From the IMG/VR virus record IMGVR_UViG_3300047548_001818, positions 7,133 to 71,132 of that record: a DNA stretch of 64,000 bases; one strand, 5' to 3'. Source of the stretch: a virus. The notes under the pieces were generated by a model that was not told where the DNA came from, made no database searches, and saw only the letters and a list, made by a program, of their open reading frames with translations. The stretch's first letter is position 1; each line of letters opens with the position of its first letter. Shown piece after piece: positions 34,163-43,569 of the stretch. Position numbers and translations under genes: made by a program.

Positions 34163-34585
34163 ATGTGGATATTACAGTGGTTACCTGACTGGTTTTTTTA
34201 TGCTCTATTTTTCGTGGGCTTGTTGGGAATCGCTACTACATTTTTATTGAGATTCATACCTTTCTTTTATTTGTATAAGAATACAATTCAAGCTTTTTCT
34301 TTGTTATTGATTGTTATTGGTGTTTATATGTCAGGAGCAATCAGAGAAAAAGCTGCTTGGGAAATGAGAGTGAAAGAAATGGAGATAAAGCTTGCTGAAG
34401 CTCAAGCAGAATCTTCGAAAGTTAATACTGAGATAATTGAAAAAACTATAACAAAAACACAAATCGTTAAAGAGAGAGGTAACGATATTGTTAAATATAT
34501 TGATCGTGAAGTGGTGAAATATGATAATGAATGTAAGATACCAAAAGAGTTCATTGAAGCACATAACAAAGCGACAACACGATGA
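34163..34585 (+). CDS. i-spanin (Rz-like inner-membrane spanin)
   Basis: N-terminal TM helix followed by a periplasmic coiled-coil domain. Sits directly upstream of a lipoprotein gene and the endolysin. Confidence 0.55.
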   Translation: MWILQWLPDWFFYALFFVGLLGIATTFLLRFIPFFYLYKNTIQAFSLLLIVIGVYMSGAIREKAAWEMRVKEMEIKLAEAQAESSKVNTEIIEKTITKTQIVKERGNDIVKYIDREVVKYDNECKIPKEFIEAHNKATTR

Positions 34586-34848
34586 AATATTTGTTGATTA
34601 TTCTTACATTATTAACGGTGGGTTGTTCTACCACCGTGCCGGTCAAAGCAAAATTTCCTGACCCTCCAGGAAAATTGATGACCGAAAGATGCCCACAATT
34701 AAAAACGTTGGCTGATGATTCGAAGTTAAGTGATGTTTCTAAAACAATCACGATGAATTACACCGAATATTATATCTGTGCTGTCAAAGTGGATTCCTGG
34801 ATCGAATGGTATGACAGTCAGAAAAAAATATTCGAAAGTGTAAAATAA
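34582..34848 (+). CDS. o-spanin (Rz1-like outer-membrane lipoprotein)
   Basis: Signal peptide ending in the lipobox LLTVGC. Pro-rich mature region. 88 aa. Confidence 0.55.
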   Translation: MKYLLIILTLLTVGCSTTVPVKAKFPDPPGKLMTERCPQLKTLADDSKLSDVSKTITMNYTEYYICAVKVDSWIEWYDSQKKIFESVK

Positions 34849-35471
34849 TGGAATTAACAAAAGAACAACTAAAACAATTACTTCCAAAGAATCCATATAT
34901 TGATTACTGGCACAATGCATTGTCGCAACTATTGCCAGATTATGAAATCAATACACCACAGAGAATAGCTGCATTTGTTGCACAATGTTCACATGAGTCT
35001 GGTGGATTCATGGTACTTAAAGAGAACTTGAACTATCGCTGGCAATCTTTGAGAAAGTTATTTCCAAAATACTTCCCAACAGATGAATTGGCACAAAAAT
35101 ATGCATCAATGCCAAACAAACAGGAAGCAATAGCCAATAGAATTTATGCAAATAGAATGGGAAATGGTCCAGAAGAATCTGGCGATGGTTACAGATATTG
35201 TGGTCGCGGTCTTATTCAACTAACAGGTCGTCAAAACTATACCTGGTTTGCAGCATCACTTGAAATTACACCTGAAGAAGCAACCGAATATCTTGGAACA
35301 TTTGAAGGTGCAGCACAATCTGCATGTTGGTTTTGGGAAACAAATAAATTAAATCAATGGGCAGATAAAGGTGATATTGTTACACTAACGAAAAGAATCA
35401 ATGGTGGAACAATAGGTCTAGAAGATCGTATTAAACATTACGAACATGCTCTACACGTTTTAGGTGTATAA
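34848..35471 (+). CDS. endolysin, glycoside hydrolase family 19 (chitinase-like)
   Basis: GH19 signature CSHESGGF...KEN (catalytic Glu pair) and YCGRGLIQLTGRQNY. Confidence 0.8.
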   Translation: MELTKEQLKQLLPKNPYIDYWHNALSQLLPDYEINTPQRIAAFVAQCSHESGGFMVLKENLNYRWQSLRKLFPKYFPTDELAQKYASMPNKQEAIANRIYANRMGNGPEESGDGYRYCGRGLIQLTGRQNYTWFAASLEITPEEATEYLGTFEGAAQSACWFWETNKLNQWADKGDIVTLTKRINGGTIGLEDRIKHYEHALHVLGV

Positions 35472-35757
35472 AATGAATGATAAAAAATTATTCATAGCAC
35501 TACTAGTACTCATTTCTTTACCAATTGCATTGGCTTTCTTTGGTAAAGATCGCTTTAGATATCCATGTCAAGATCCTGAAAATTGGGATAAAGATTTCTG
35601 TAAAATGCCTTTGTGCGATGTAACACGTACATGCCCGGAACATATTTTCAAAGGTCAACGTGATCCAAGATTGGGTCCACCAGAAACAAGAAATCAACCA
35701 ATCGGTCAAGCTCAGTCTTGTCAAGCACAACCACAAGGAGGTAGCTGTGGAAAATAA
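35464..35757 (+). CDS. small secreted Cys-rich protein
   Basis: Signal-anchor LFIALLVLISLPIALAF. Six Cys in 60 aa. Confidence 0.4.
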   Translation: MYKMNDKKLFIALLVLISLPIALAFFGKDRFRYPCQDPENWDKDFCKMPLCDVTRTCPEHIFKGQRDPRLGPPETRNQPIGQAQSCQAQPQGGSCGK

Positions 35758-35764
35758 TTTTATG

Positions 35765-36187
35765 TATACAGAAGAACAATTGATGGCGCGATTGAAATTT
35801 TTCATTGGCGTCTGCTTGGCACTGACATTAACAGGTATCGTTTTTGTTGTACTTTATTCAATTATATTTGTTACGCAGCCTCTGAATGCAATAAGCCCAA
35901 TCGATCAGAAATTTTTTGAGTTGATTGTTCCTATTGCAACATTTTTAACAGGCACACTTTCCGGCATCATGTTAGCGGGAAATGATAAAGATTTGAGAGC
36001 AAAAGCTTTAGAGTCGGCGACAAAACCTCCGCCACCGCCTGCGCCAGTCCCAGTGCAACCAGTAAACACAATGAAGCGTGAGCCAGTTTTCACTGAAACG
36101 TTTGCACCAACAAATACTCAACCACAAATTGTTACCGGTTTCGGTGGAAAACCTGCGCCGGCTCCAGCATTCCAACCGGAAATTTAA
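35765..36187 (+). CDS. two-TM membrane protein with a Pro-rich tail (holin/antiholin candidate)
   Basis: GGAGG RBS before ATG at 35765. Two predicted TM helices. Next to the endolysin. Confidence 0.35.
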   Translation, partial: YTEEQLMARLKFFIGVCLALTLTGIVFVVLYSIIFVTQPLNAISPIDQKFFELIVPIATFLTGTLSGIMLAGNDKDLRAKALESATKPPPPPAPVPVQPVNTMKREPVFTETFAPTNTQPQIVTGFGGKPAPAPAFQPEI

Positions 36188-36188
36188 T

Positions 36189-36428
36189 ATGTTAAAAACA
36201 CTTTTATTGGATAGTCATGATGGATCGCTGAGTAGTAAAAGAGTCATAACTTTTTTCGCTTTCATTCTCTGCGGTATTGCATTCATTTCAAACTTGTTTT
36301 GGGGTTATAAGATTGATTCCGTTTTATTTGAAGGCATGATGTATATTGCAATGGTAGGTCTTGGAGTGACCGCTTCAGAAAAATTCGCACCAAAATCCAA
36401 AACAATAAATACAGACACGGAGAAATAA
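36189..36428 (+). CDS. small two-TM membrane protein (class II holin candidate)
   Basis: 79 aa. Two hydrophobic helices. Charged C-terminus. Confidence 0.35.
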   Translation: MLKTLLLDSHDGSLSSKRVITFFAFILCGIAFISNLFWGYKIDSVLFEGMMYIAMVGLGVTASEKFAPKSKTINTDTEK

Positions 36429-36429
36429 A

Positions 36430-36630
36430 ATGAAAAAATTAATTACACTCTTTCTATTAGTATCTTCTTCACTAGTTTTTTCAGCCGAGACAAAAAAAGT
36501 ATGCGTCGATGCTATAACTAATGATGGAAAACCAATCATCGATAAAAAAACAGGCAAACCAAAACAGGAATGCAAAGAAATGAAAGTTCACAAGAAATTG
36601 GAAGGAACAAAAGTTCCCGATAAAAAATGA
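36430..36630 (+). CDS. small secreted Lys-rich protein
   Basis: Signal peptide LITLFLLVSSSLVFSA. Confidence 0.4.
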   Translation: MKKLITLFLLVSSSLVFSAETKKVCVDAITNDGKPIIDKKTGKPKQECKEMKVHKKLEGTKVPDKK

Positions 36631-37067
36631 GCGCAGATAACACCGAGTACACTCAACTTAAAGTTGATGTTGGTGTGCTTAAAACTCAAATATCGATGAT
36701 AACCCAACTTTGTAATAAAATGGATACAGTTATCGAAAAACTGGCGGATAATCATGACCGTATGGTCAATCAAATTTACAATGATATGGATAAAACAGAA
36801 GACGACACGAATGCGAACATAAAAGAACTGCATTCCAGAATCACAACAGTAGATAGAAATTTGTGTGATAAGCTTGAGCTAACCGAACGTAGAATTATGG
36901 ATGAGATTAAAAGCTTAAGACAACAAATCACAGAGCACAACAAAAAAGAAGATACCGAAATAAAAAAAATCCTAGAGTGGAAATGGATGGCTGCCGGTGG
37001 TATAGTAGTCATCATATGGTTGATTTCTAACATAAAATTTGATATGATACTGAAGCTGTTCGGTTAA
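36627..37067 (+). CDS. coiled-coil protein with a C-terminal TM anchor
   Basis: Heptad-rich 146-aa ORF ending in a hydrophobic helix. Confidence 0.4.
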   Translation: MSADNTEYTQLKVDVGVLKTQISMITQLCNKMDTVIEKLADNHDRMVNQIYNDMDKTEDDTNANIKELHSRITTVDRNLCDKLELTERRIMDEIKSLRQQITEHNKKEDTEIKKILEWKWMAAGGIVVIIWLISNIKFDMILKLFG

Positions 37068-37087
37068 TTTTCCCCTCTTCTTTTGTT

Positions 37088-38110
37088 ATGTCCATTTTTA
37101 TTGATCGTAAATACCTAAACCTCCTTTCGCCAAAATTAAACAGGTTCTCTCAGAAAAAAGAGGACCTGTACAATTTCAGGTGCCCTTTCTGCGGCGACTC
37201 CCAAAAAAATAAATTCAAAGCACGCGGTTACATTTACCGCAAAAAGAATGACTATTACTACAAGTGTCAAAATTGTGGTGTTGGTCATACAATGTATAAT
37301 TTTATCAATTTTTTGGACCCCAATCTTGTTAAAGAGTACGCATTAGAGCGTTACAGGAACGGTGAAACCGGAAACCAAAATTATCCAAAAAAGGAAATAC
37401 AAGAACCAAAATTTGAAAAACCGGTTTTCAAGAAAAAACAAAAAATTAATTTACCAAAAATTAGTGATTTGCCACAAGACCACTATGCACACAATTATTG
37501 CATAGGACGAAAAATTCCATCGGATACATATGGTAATCTATATTATGCAAATGATTTCAAAGCCTTCATCGATGAAATTTTACCAGATCATGAAAAAGAC
37601 TTGAAATTAGATGATCCTCGTCTTATTATTCCCTTCTATGATGAAGATGGAACGTTACTTGCTGTACAAGGGCGTTCGTTGCGAGATTCCAAAATCAGAT
37701 ATATAACAATCAAACTTACCGAAGAGAGTATAAAAATATTTGGTTTGGATAGAGTGAACAAAGAAGAAAAGGTGTATGTTACAGAAGGACCAATTGATTC
37801 CTTTTTTCTACCAAACTCGGTAGCAACTGCGGATGCCAACTTATCTAATGCGGTAAATTTTGTACCAAAAGATAAATTGGTTTTAGTTTTCGACAATGAA
37901 CCCAGAAATAAAGATATTTGCCGTCTAATGGACAAAGCAATTGAGGAACATTTTCAAATTTGCATTTGGCCAGAGATGATTCAGGAAAAAGACATAAATG
38001 ATATGATTCTTTCAGGATTTACTTCTGAAGAAATTTGTGATATAATAGATAAAAACACTTTCGTTAATTTAAGAGCAAAAATGGAATTTATAGGATGGAA
38101 AAAAGTATGA
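37088..38110 (+). CDS. 61: DNA primase (T4 gp61 / T7 primase-type zinc-ribbon plus TOPRIM)
   Basis: N-terminal CPFCGDSQKNKFKARGYIY...CQNCG zinc ribbon. Acidic TOPRIM-like segment (YVTEGPIDSFFLPNSVA). Located in the replication gene set. Confidence 0.65.
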   Translation: MSIFIDRKYLNLLSPKLNRFSQKKEDLYNFRCPFCGDSQKNKFKARGYIYRKKNDYYYKCQNCGVGHTMYNFINFLDPNLVKEYALERYRNGETGNQNYPKKEIQEPKFEKPVFKKKQKINLPKISDLPQDHYAHNYCIGRKIPSDTYGNLYYANDFKAFIDEILPDHEKDLKLDDPRLIIPFYDEDGTLLAVQGRSLRDSKIRYITIKLTEESIKIFGLDRVNKEEKVYVTEGPIDSFFLPNSVATADANLSNAVNFVPKDKLVLVFDNEPRNKDICRLMDKAIEEHFQICIWPEMIQEKDINDMILSGFTSEEICDIIDKNTFVNLRAKMEFIGWKKV

Positions 38111-38769
38111 ATGTAAAATTAATTAATTATTCAAGAAGCGATGACAACAAAAATTTGTTGGAACAAATTGCCTATGTTGCGCGTGTATCGAATCCAGCTA
38201 ATCAAGATAATGATGCTACAGCCGAAAAGCTTGTTCGTTATTTGATTAAGAATAACCACTGGTCTCCTTTGGAGATGGTGAGTGTTTGTTTGGAAATCAA
38301 TACAACTAGAGATATTGCACGACAAATTTTGAGACACCGCTCTTTCAGTTTCCAAGAATTCAGTCAACGTTATGCCGTAGCAGACTTGGGTTGGACTTTT
38401 AAAGAAGCAAGATTGCAAGATCAGAAAAATCGTCAAAATAGTACCTCTCTTGATGTGATTAACAACGACGAAGATCGCAAGTTAGCCTATCAATGGGAAA
38501 TGATGCAAAAAAATCTGGTCGATAGAGTAATTGAAACATATGATTGGGCAATTGATAAAGGTATTGCCAAAGAGCAAGCACGGGCTGTTTTACCTGAAGG
38601 TATTACAAGGTCGAGAATGTATATGAATGGAACTCTACGTTCGTGGGTACACTATATACAACTCCGTTCCGCCAACGGAACACAAAAAGAACACCAAGAA
38701 ATTGCAATTGCATGTGCAGAAGCAATCAAACCTATTTTTCCTATGATTGAGGAGTTTGTAAGTGTATAA
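38095..38769 (+). CDS. thyX: flavin-dependent thymidylate synthase ThyX
   Basis: ThyX signature RHRSFSFQEFSQRY (RHR-x7-S-x-R-Y). Confidence 0.85.
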   Translation: MEKSMNVKLINYSRSDDNKNLLEQIAYVARVSNPANQDNDATAEKLVRYLIKNNHWSPLEMVSVCLEINTTRDIARQILRHRSFSFQEFSQRYAVADLGWTFKEARLQDQKNRQNSTSLDVINNDEDRKLAYQWEMMQKNLVDRVIETYDWAIDKGIAKEQARAVLPEGITRSRMYMNGTLRSWVHYIQLRSANGTQKEHQEIAIACAEAIKPIFPMIEEFVSV

Positions 38770-39112
38770 TGATGTAAAAACTTTTATTGAGGCTTGTGAA
38801 CAAGAGCGCAACGAAAAAAATGTTGTTCTATATAAGTCTCTAATCAGAGAAGAATTTGATGAATTCATTAAAGCGTTTATTCAAAACGATGAAGAAGGAC
38901 AACTTGATGGTTGTATGGATTTGATTTGGGTAATATTGGGTTATTGTTATATGAAAGATTATGATGTGCAAGGTGCATGGGATGAAGTTGCACGTTCCAA
39001 TCTTTCGAAAATTGATTCGGTGACCGGTAAAGTTATTAAAAATAGCAACGGAAAAGTTATGAAGCCTGAAGGTTGGACACCACCTAATCTAAAACCATTT
39101 ACAAAAAAATAA
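38762..39112 (+). CDS. MazG-like all-alpha NTP pyrophosphohydrolase
   Basis: EExxE/D acidic helix pattern EEFDEFIKAF...DGCMDLIWVILG typical of small MazG/HisE-like domains. Confidence 0.4.
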   Translation: MYNDVKTFIEACEQERNEKNVVLYKSLIREEFDEFIKAFIQNDEEGQLDGCMDLIWVILGYCYMKDYDVQGAWDEVARSNLSKIDSVTGKVIKNSNGKVMKPEGWTPPNLKPFTKK

Positions 39113-39123
39113 TAAGGAAGAAT

Positions 39124-40914
39124 ATGGAATACATGGGTATTAAAATAGACTTAGAACGAGATAACTTGTTTGATGAACTTGGTATCAGACGTTTGAAAGA
39201 GTCTTACATGAGGGAGGAAGAAAAATCACCTCAAGAAAGATTTGCATTCGTTTCTGCAAAGTTTGGTTCGAATCCCGAACATGCACAAAGACTGTATGAT
39301 TATTCGTCTAAACATTGGCTATCATATTCAACTCCTATTTTATCTTTCGGACGTTCGAAAAAAGGTATGCCCATTTCCTGTTTTTTAAATTACATTGAAG
39401 ATACTGCGGAGGGTCTAGTTGATAATCTTTCTGAAACTAATTGGCTTTCTATGCTTGGTGGTGGCGTTGGTATCGGTTTCGGTATTCGTTCGTCGGATGA
39501 TAAGAGCACAGGCGTCATGCCACACCTCAAAATTTACGATGCATCGTCTTTGGCCTATCGTCAAGGCCGTACTCGCCGTGGAAGTTACGCTGCTTACCTT
39601 GATATTAGTCATCCTGATGTTGTCGCATTCTTAGAAATGCGTAAGCCAACCGGCGATCCAAACGTTCGTTGTTTGAATTTGCATCACGGTATCAATATCA
39701 CCGACGACTTCATGCAAATCATTGAAAAATGCATGATTGATCCTAATGCCTCTGATGATTGGCAATTAAAAGATCCACACACAGGTGAGATTCGTGAAGT
39801 TGTTTCCGCTAAACATTTGTGGCAACAAATTCTTGAACTTCGTATGCATACAGGTGAACCATACATTCACTTTATTGATACAAGCAATCGTCACCTTCCG
39901 GATTTCCTGAAAAACAAAGGATTGAAAATACACCAGTCAAATCTATGTTCTGAAATTATTCTGCCAACGAATGAAGAAAGAACTGCTGTATGTTGCCTAT
40001 CTTCTTTAAACTTGGAGTACTATGATGCTTGGAAAAATGACAAACTTTTTCTACGGGACGTGGCTGAGATGCTTGATAACGTTCTACAGTATTTCATTGA
40101 CAATGCTCCTGACAGCATATCACGCGCAAGATATTCTGCTTCTATGGAACGCTCTATTGGTGTTGGTGCCCTCGGTTTTCATGCATTACTTCAAAAGAAC
40201 GGAGTTGCATTCGAAGGTGTCATGGCAAAAGTACTAAACAATAAAATTTTCAAATACATTAAGGAAAGTTTAGATGAAGCGAACCTTCAACTTGGTAAAG
40301 AACGTGGTGAAGCACCCGATGCTGTGGGCACTGGTAAGCGTTTTAGTCATGTTATGGCTATTGCTCCAAATGCTTCTTCGTCTATCATCATGGGAAATAC
40401 TAGCCCTAGTATTGAGCCTTATCGTGCTAATGCGTACCGTCAGGACACTTTATCGGGATCATTTCTAAACAAGAATAGATATTTGGATGAAATCATCAAA
40501 AAAGAATCCGAAAAACACAAAGAAGGATGGTATGAAGATACGTGGTCATCTATCATTGCAAATGATGGTTCATGCCAGCACTTGGAATTTTTAGACGATA
40601 ATCAGAAAGCAACATTTAAAACATCTATGGAGATTGACCAGCGTTGGGTTATTGAACACGCTGCTGATCGCCAACAATATATCGATCAAGCACAATCTCT
40701 GAATGTTTTCTTTAGACCTGATTCTCATATCAAATATATACATGCTATACACTTTATGGCATGGAAAAAGGGACTAAAAACACTTTACTATTGCCGTTCG
40801 GAGAAACTAGCGAAAGCAGATAAAGTTTCGAAGAAAATTGAAAGAAAAGTTATTGAAGAAATAGATATGTCACAAATTGCCCAAGGTAACGATTGTATTG
40901 CTTGCGAAGGATAA
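39124..40914 (+). CDS. nrdA: ribonucleotide reductase large subunit (NrdA-like, no ATP-cone)
   Basis: Active-site block SNLCSEIILPTNEER...CCLSSLNL parallels T4 NrdA SNLCCEIAIPTN...CTLSAF. C-terminal redox pair CIACEG. Confidence 0.9.
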   Translation: MEYMGIKIDLERDNLFDELGIRRLKESYMREEEKSPQERFAFVSAKFGSNPEHAQRLYDYSSKHWLSYSTPILSFGRSKKGMPISCFLNYIEDTAEGLVDNLSETNWLSMLGGGVGIGFGIRSSDDKSTGVMPHLKIYDASSLAYRQGRTRRGSYAAYLDISHPDVVAFLEMRKPTGDPNVRCLNLHHGINITDDFMQIIEKCMIDPNASDDWQLKDPHTGEIREVVSAKHLWQQILELRMHTGEPYIHFIDTSNRHLPDFLKNKGLKIHQSNLCSEIILPTNEERTAVCCLSSLNLEYYDAWKNDKLFLRDVAEMLDNVLQYFIDNAPDSISRARYSASMERSIGVGALGFHALLQKNGVAFEGVMAKVLNNKIFKYIKESLDEANLQLGKERGEAPDAVGTGKRFSHVMAIAPNASSSIIMGNTSPSIEPYRANAYRQDTLSGSFLNKNRYLDEIIKKESEKHKEGWYEDTWSSIIANDGSCQHLEFLDDNQKATFKTSMEIDQRWVIEHAADRQQYIDQAQSLNVFFRPDSHIKYIHAIHFMAWKKGLKTLYYCRSEKLAKADKVSKKIERKVIEEIDMSQIAQGNDCIACEG

Positions 40915-40917
40915 AAA

Positions 40918-41163
40918 ATGAAAAAAGTTCTTAGATTTACTGCATCATGGTGTGGACCATGTAAAGCCTTAAGTAGTGTTCTAAATGAGGTTGAAACGGA
41001 TCTTCCGTTTGAAGTTATTGATATTGATGTTCACCCAGAACTTGCAATTGAATTTGGTGTTCGTTCTGTGCCAACTCTTGTAATGATGGATGAAACTATT
41101 GAAATGAAAAGAACCACTGGAATGAAAACCAAAGAACAACTAACGGAGTGGTTGAATGCTTAA
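40918..41163 (+). CDS. thioredoxin/glutaredoxin-like reductant for RNR
   Basis: WCGPC active-site motif. 81 aa. Sits between nrdA and nrdB. Confidence 0.7.
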   Translation: MKKVLRFTASWCGPCKALSSVLNEVETDLPFEVIDIDVHPELAIEFGVRSVPTLVMMDETIEMKRTTGMKTKEQLTEWLNA

Positions 41164-42139
41164 GAAAACACAATTCAAATTAACGGATGAAAGAAACAGT
41201 TTCAAACCTTTCAATTATCCGTGGGCTTATGATGCGTGGTTGAAACATGAGCAAAGTCATTGGCTTCATACGGAAGTTCCTATGGCAGAAGATGTTAAAG
41301 ATTGGAAAAAACACCTAACAAATGAAGAGAAACAATTTCTCACACATATTTTCCGCTTTTTTACACAGGGAGATATCGACGTTGCTGGTGGTTACGTTCG
41401 TAATTACTTGCCTTATTTTCCTCAACCTGAAGTACGCATGATGTTGGCAGGATTTGCCGCAAGAGAGGCACTTCATGTTGCAGCATACAGTCATTTGATT
41501 GAAACTCTTGGATTACCAGAAACAACATATAATCAGTTTCTTGATTATCAAGAAATGAGAGATAAACATGATTATGTCATGGACATATCTTCTAAAAATG
41601 GAACAGCCGAATCTACTGCAACACACATTGCAGTTTTCTCAGCATTTACAGAAGGTATGCAGTTGTTCAGTTCTTTCATAATGTTGTTGAATTTCCCTCG
41701 CCACGGAAAAATGAAAGGTATGGGTCAGATTGTTACATGGTCGATTGTTGATGAAACGATGCATGCCGAATCAATGATTAAATTGTTCAGAACATACATT
41801 GAAGAAAATAAAGAAATTTGGAACGATGAACTTAAATCAAAAATTTATACAATTGCTGAACGAATGGTGCAACTTGAAGACAAGTTTATTGACCTCGCTT
41901 TCTCTATGGGAGCAATGCACGGTTTGTCTAGCGATGATGTTAAGCATTACATCCGTTATATTGCTGATCGTCGTCTTATTTCTTTGGGTCTGAAGGGTAT
42001 TTACAAAGTTAAGAAAAATCCATTGCCTTGGGTCGAAGAGATGATTAACGCACCAACACACACAAATTTCTTTGAAAATCGTGCAACAGATTATGCAAAA
42101 GGTGCAACAAAAGGTTCATGGGAGGAAGTTTGGGCATGA
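41156..42139 (+). CDS. nrdB: ribonucleotide reductase small subunit (NrdB)
   Basis: Diiron ligand helices (EALHVAAYSHLIETLG, FSAFTEGMQLFSSF, ETMHAES) of class I R2. Confidence 0.9.
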   Translation: MLKKTQFKLTDERNSFKPFNYPWAYDAWLKHEQSHWLHTEVPMAEDVKDWKKHLTNEEKQFLTHIFRFFTQGDIDVAGGYVRNYLPYFPQPEVRMMLAGFAAREALHVAAYSHLIETLGLPETTYNQFLDYQEMRDKHDYVMDISSKNGTAESTATHIAVFSAFTEGMQLFSSFIMLLNFPRHGKMKGMGQIVTWSIVDETMHAESMIKLFRTYIEENKEIWNDELKSKIYTIAERMVQLEDKFIDLAFSMGAMHGLSSDDVKHYIRYIADRRLISLGLKGIYKVKKNPLPWVEEMINAPTHTNFFENRATDYAKGATKGSWEEVWA

Positions 42140-42360
42140 AAACACTTAGAGAGATGATAGAGAGAAAATATCCAGACGGAACAAAAATTTCATCTAAATT
42201 GCCACCGAAATATGGTCCAGCAAAAGGATCGGAGAACTGTGCAAATTGTGGATATTTCGTTTCAGCAACAAAACATTGTAAAAAATGGGATGCCAAAGTT
42301 AGACCAACTTATTGGTGTGCAAAATGGGAACCCAAGGGACATGAAGGGAAACATAAATGA
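42136..42360 (+). CDS. small Cys-rich zinc-ribbon protein
   Basis: CANCG...CKKW...WC pattern. ATG overlaps the nrdB stop (ATGA). Confidence 0.4.
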   Translation: MKTLREMIERKYPDGTKISSKLPPKYGPAKGSENCANCGYFVSATKHCKKWDAKVRPTYWCAKWEPKGHEGKHK

Positions 42361-42542
42361 CAAATAGAATAATTACAGGAGAATGTGATAATTGCGAATC
42401 ATCTTTTGAAGTTGCTTATTCAGAAGAAATGGTTTCAGAAGATATGCCAAATTTCTGCCCATTCTGCGGTGAGGTCATCGAAAATATTGAAGAAGAATAT
42501 ATAGATGATGATGACTTCGATGAGAATGAGGAATGGAAATAA
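42357..42542 (+). CDS. small acidic zinc-ribbon protein
   Basis: CDNCESSF...CPFCGEV with an acidic tail. Confidence 0.4.
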   Translation: MTNRIITGECDNCESSFEVAYSEEMVSEDMPNFCPFCGEVIENIEEEYIDDDDFDENEEWK

Positions 42543-42964
42543 ATTGGAAATATAACGGAAAAGATTTTACCGAAGAAGATATAGCCGACAACTACGGTTT
42601 CGTGTACCTTATTACAAATTTGGTTACAGGTAAAAAATACATAGGAAAAAAACTATTTTATTCTACCAAAACAAAAGTAATAAAAGGTAAAAAGAAAAGG
42701 TATAAAACATTTTCGGATTGGCAAACTTACTACGGATCCAACACCGAGTTGCAAAATGATGTTACAATATTGACTGAAGCCCTCTTCAGCCGGGAAATAT
42801 TACATCTATGCAAAACAAAGGGTGAATGTAGTTATTTGGAAGCCAAAGAGCAATTCGATAGGGCAGTTTTGGAATCCAACGAATACTACAACTCATGGAT
42901 AATGGTTAAAGTTAGAAAATCACATATAAAGGCCTTCAATGAACGAATTCTTACGAAAATTTGA
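42533..42964 (+). CDS. GIY-YIG nuclease-domain protein (free-standing homing-endonuclease-like)
   Basis: N-terminal GFVYLITNLVTGKKYIGK matches the GIY-x10-YIG motif. Located immediately after the nrd genes. Confidence 0.55.
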   Translation: MEINWKYNGKDFTEEDIADNYGFVYLITNLVTGKKYIGKKLFYSTKTKVIKGKKKRYKTFSDWQTYYGSNTELQNDVTILTEALFSREILHLCKTKGECSYLEAKEQFDRAVLESNEYYNSWIMVKVRKSHIKAFNERILTKI

Positions 42965-43319
42965 AAATAGAGACTTCGATGGTTTAAATTTTTATAGAAA
43001 TGAAAATGGTGATCTTGCCGTTGATGGTTTCGAATTTAAAAATTTCGGAGAAAAACTTCCAGGTTCTGAAATCGGTGATTTATATGATATAATCATTTTC
43101 CCTGAAGAACCACCGAAAGCCCCTGAAAGGTTTAAAGCAATCTTAACTTCTCCAATACATTATGTTTCGAGGATGATAGATGATGGTTTCTTAGGTGTTG
43201 TTGCAAAAGCGACAACAACCTCAGAAAAATTTATGAGTGACATTTTTGATGAAATGCACAATATGGTGCTAGACTATATTGATGAATATGAGGAGAAAAA
43301 TAATGATCGAAAAATATGA
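42939..43319 (+). CDS. hypothetical protein (126 aa)
   Basis: ORF only. Confidence 0.4.
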   Translation: MNEFLRKFENRDFDGLNFYRNENGDLAVDGFEFKNFGEKLPGSEIGDLYDIIIFPEEPPKAPERFKAILTSPIHYVSRMIDDGFLGVVAKATTTSEKFMSDIFDEMHNMVLDYIDEYEEKNNDRKI

Positions 43320-43569
43320 ATTGAAAGAAATGCTGCAAAACTCGGTATCTACCGTTGTATTTACTAAAGTTGATGGAACAGAACGTGAAATGAATTGTAC
43401 ACTTTTGTCCGAATACTTACCTGAGCCTGTTGCGGATAAACAACAACTCCTAACAGAAAATTTGACAAGACGAGAAAATCCTAATACAATATCTGTATGG
43501 GACTTGGATAATAACGGCTGGCGTTCTTTCCGAGTTGATTCGGTCAAATCTATTACTAGAAAGTCATGA
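43303..43569 (+). CDS. small hypothetical protein (88 aa)
   Basis: AGGAGA RBS before ATG at 43303. The track ORF starts earlier without an RBS. Confidence 0.4.
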   Translation: MIEKYELKEMLQNSVSTVVFTKVDGTEREMNCTLLSEYLPEPVADKQQLLTENLTRRENPNTISVWDLDNNGWRSFRVDSVKSITRKS

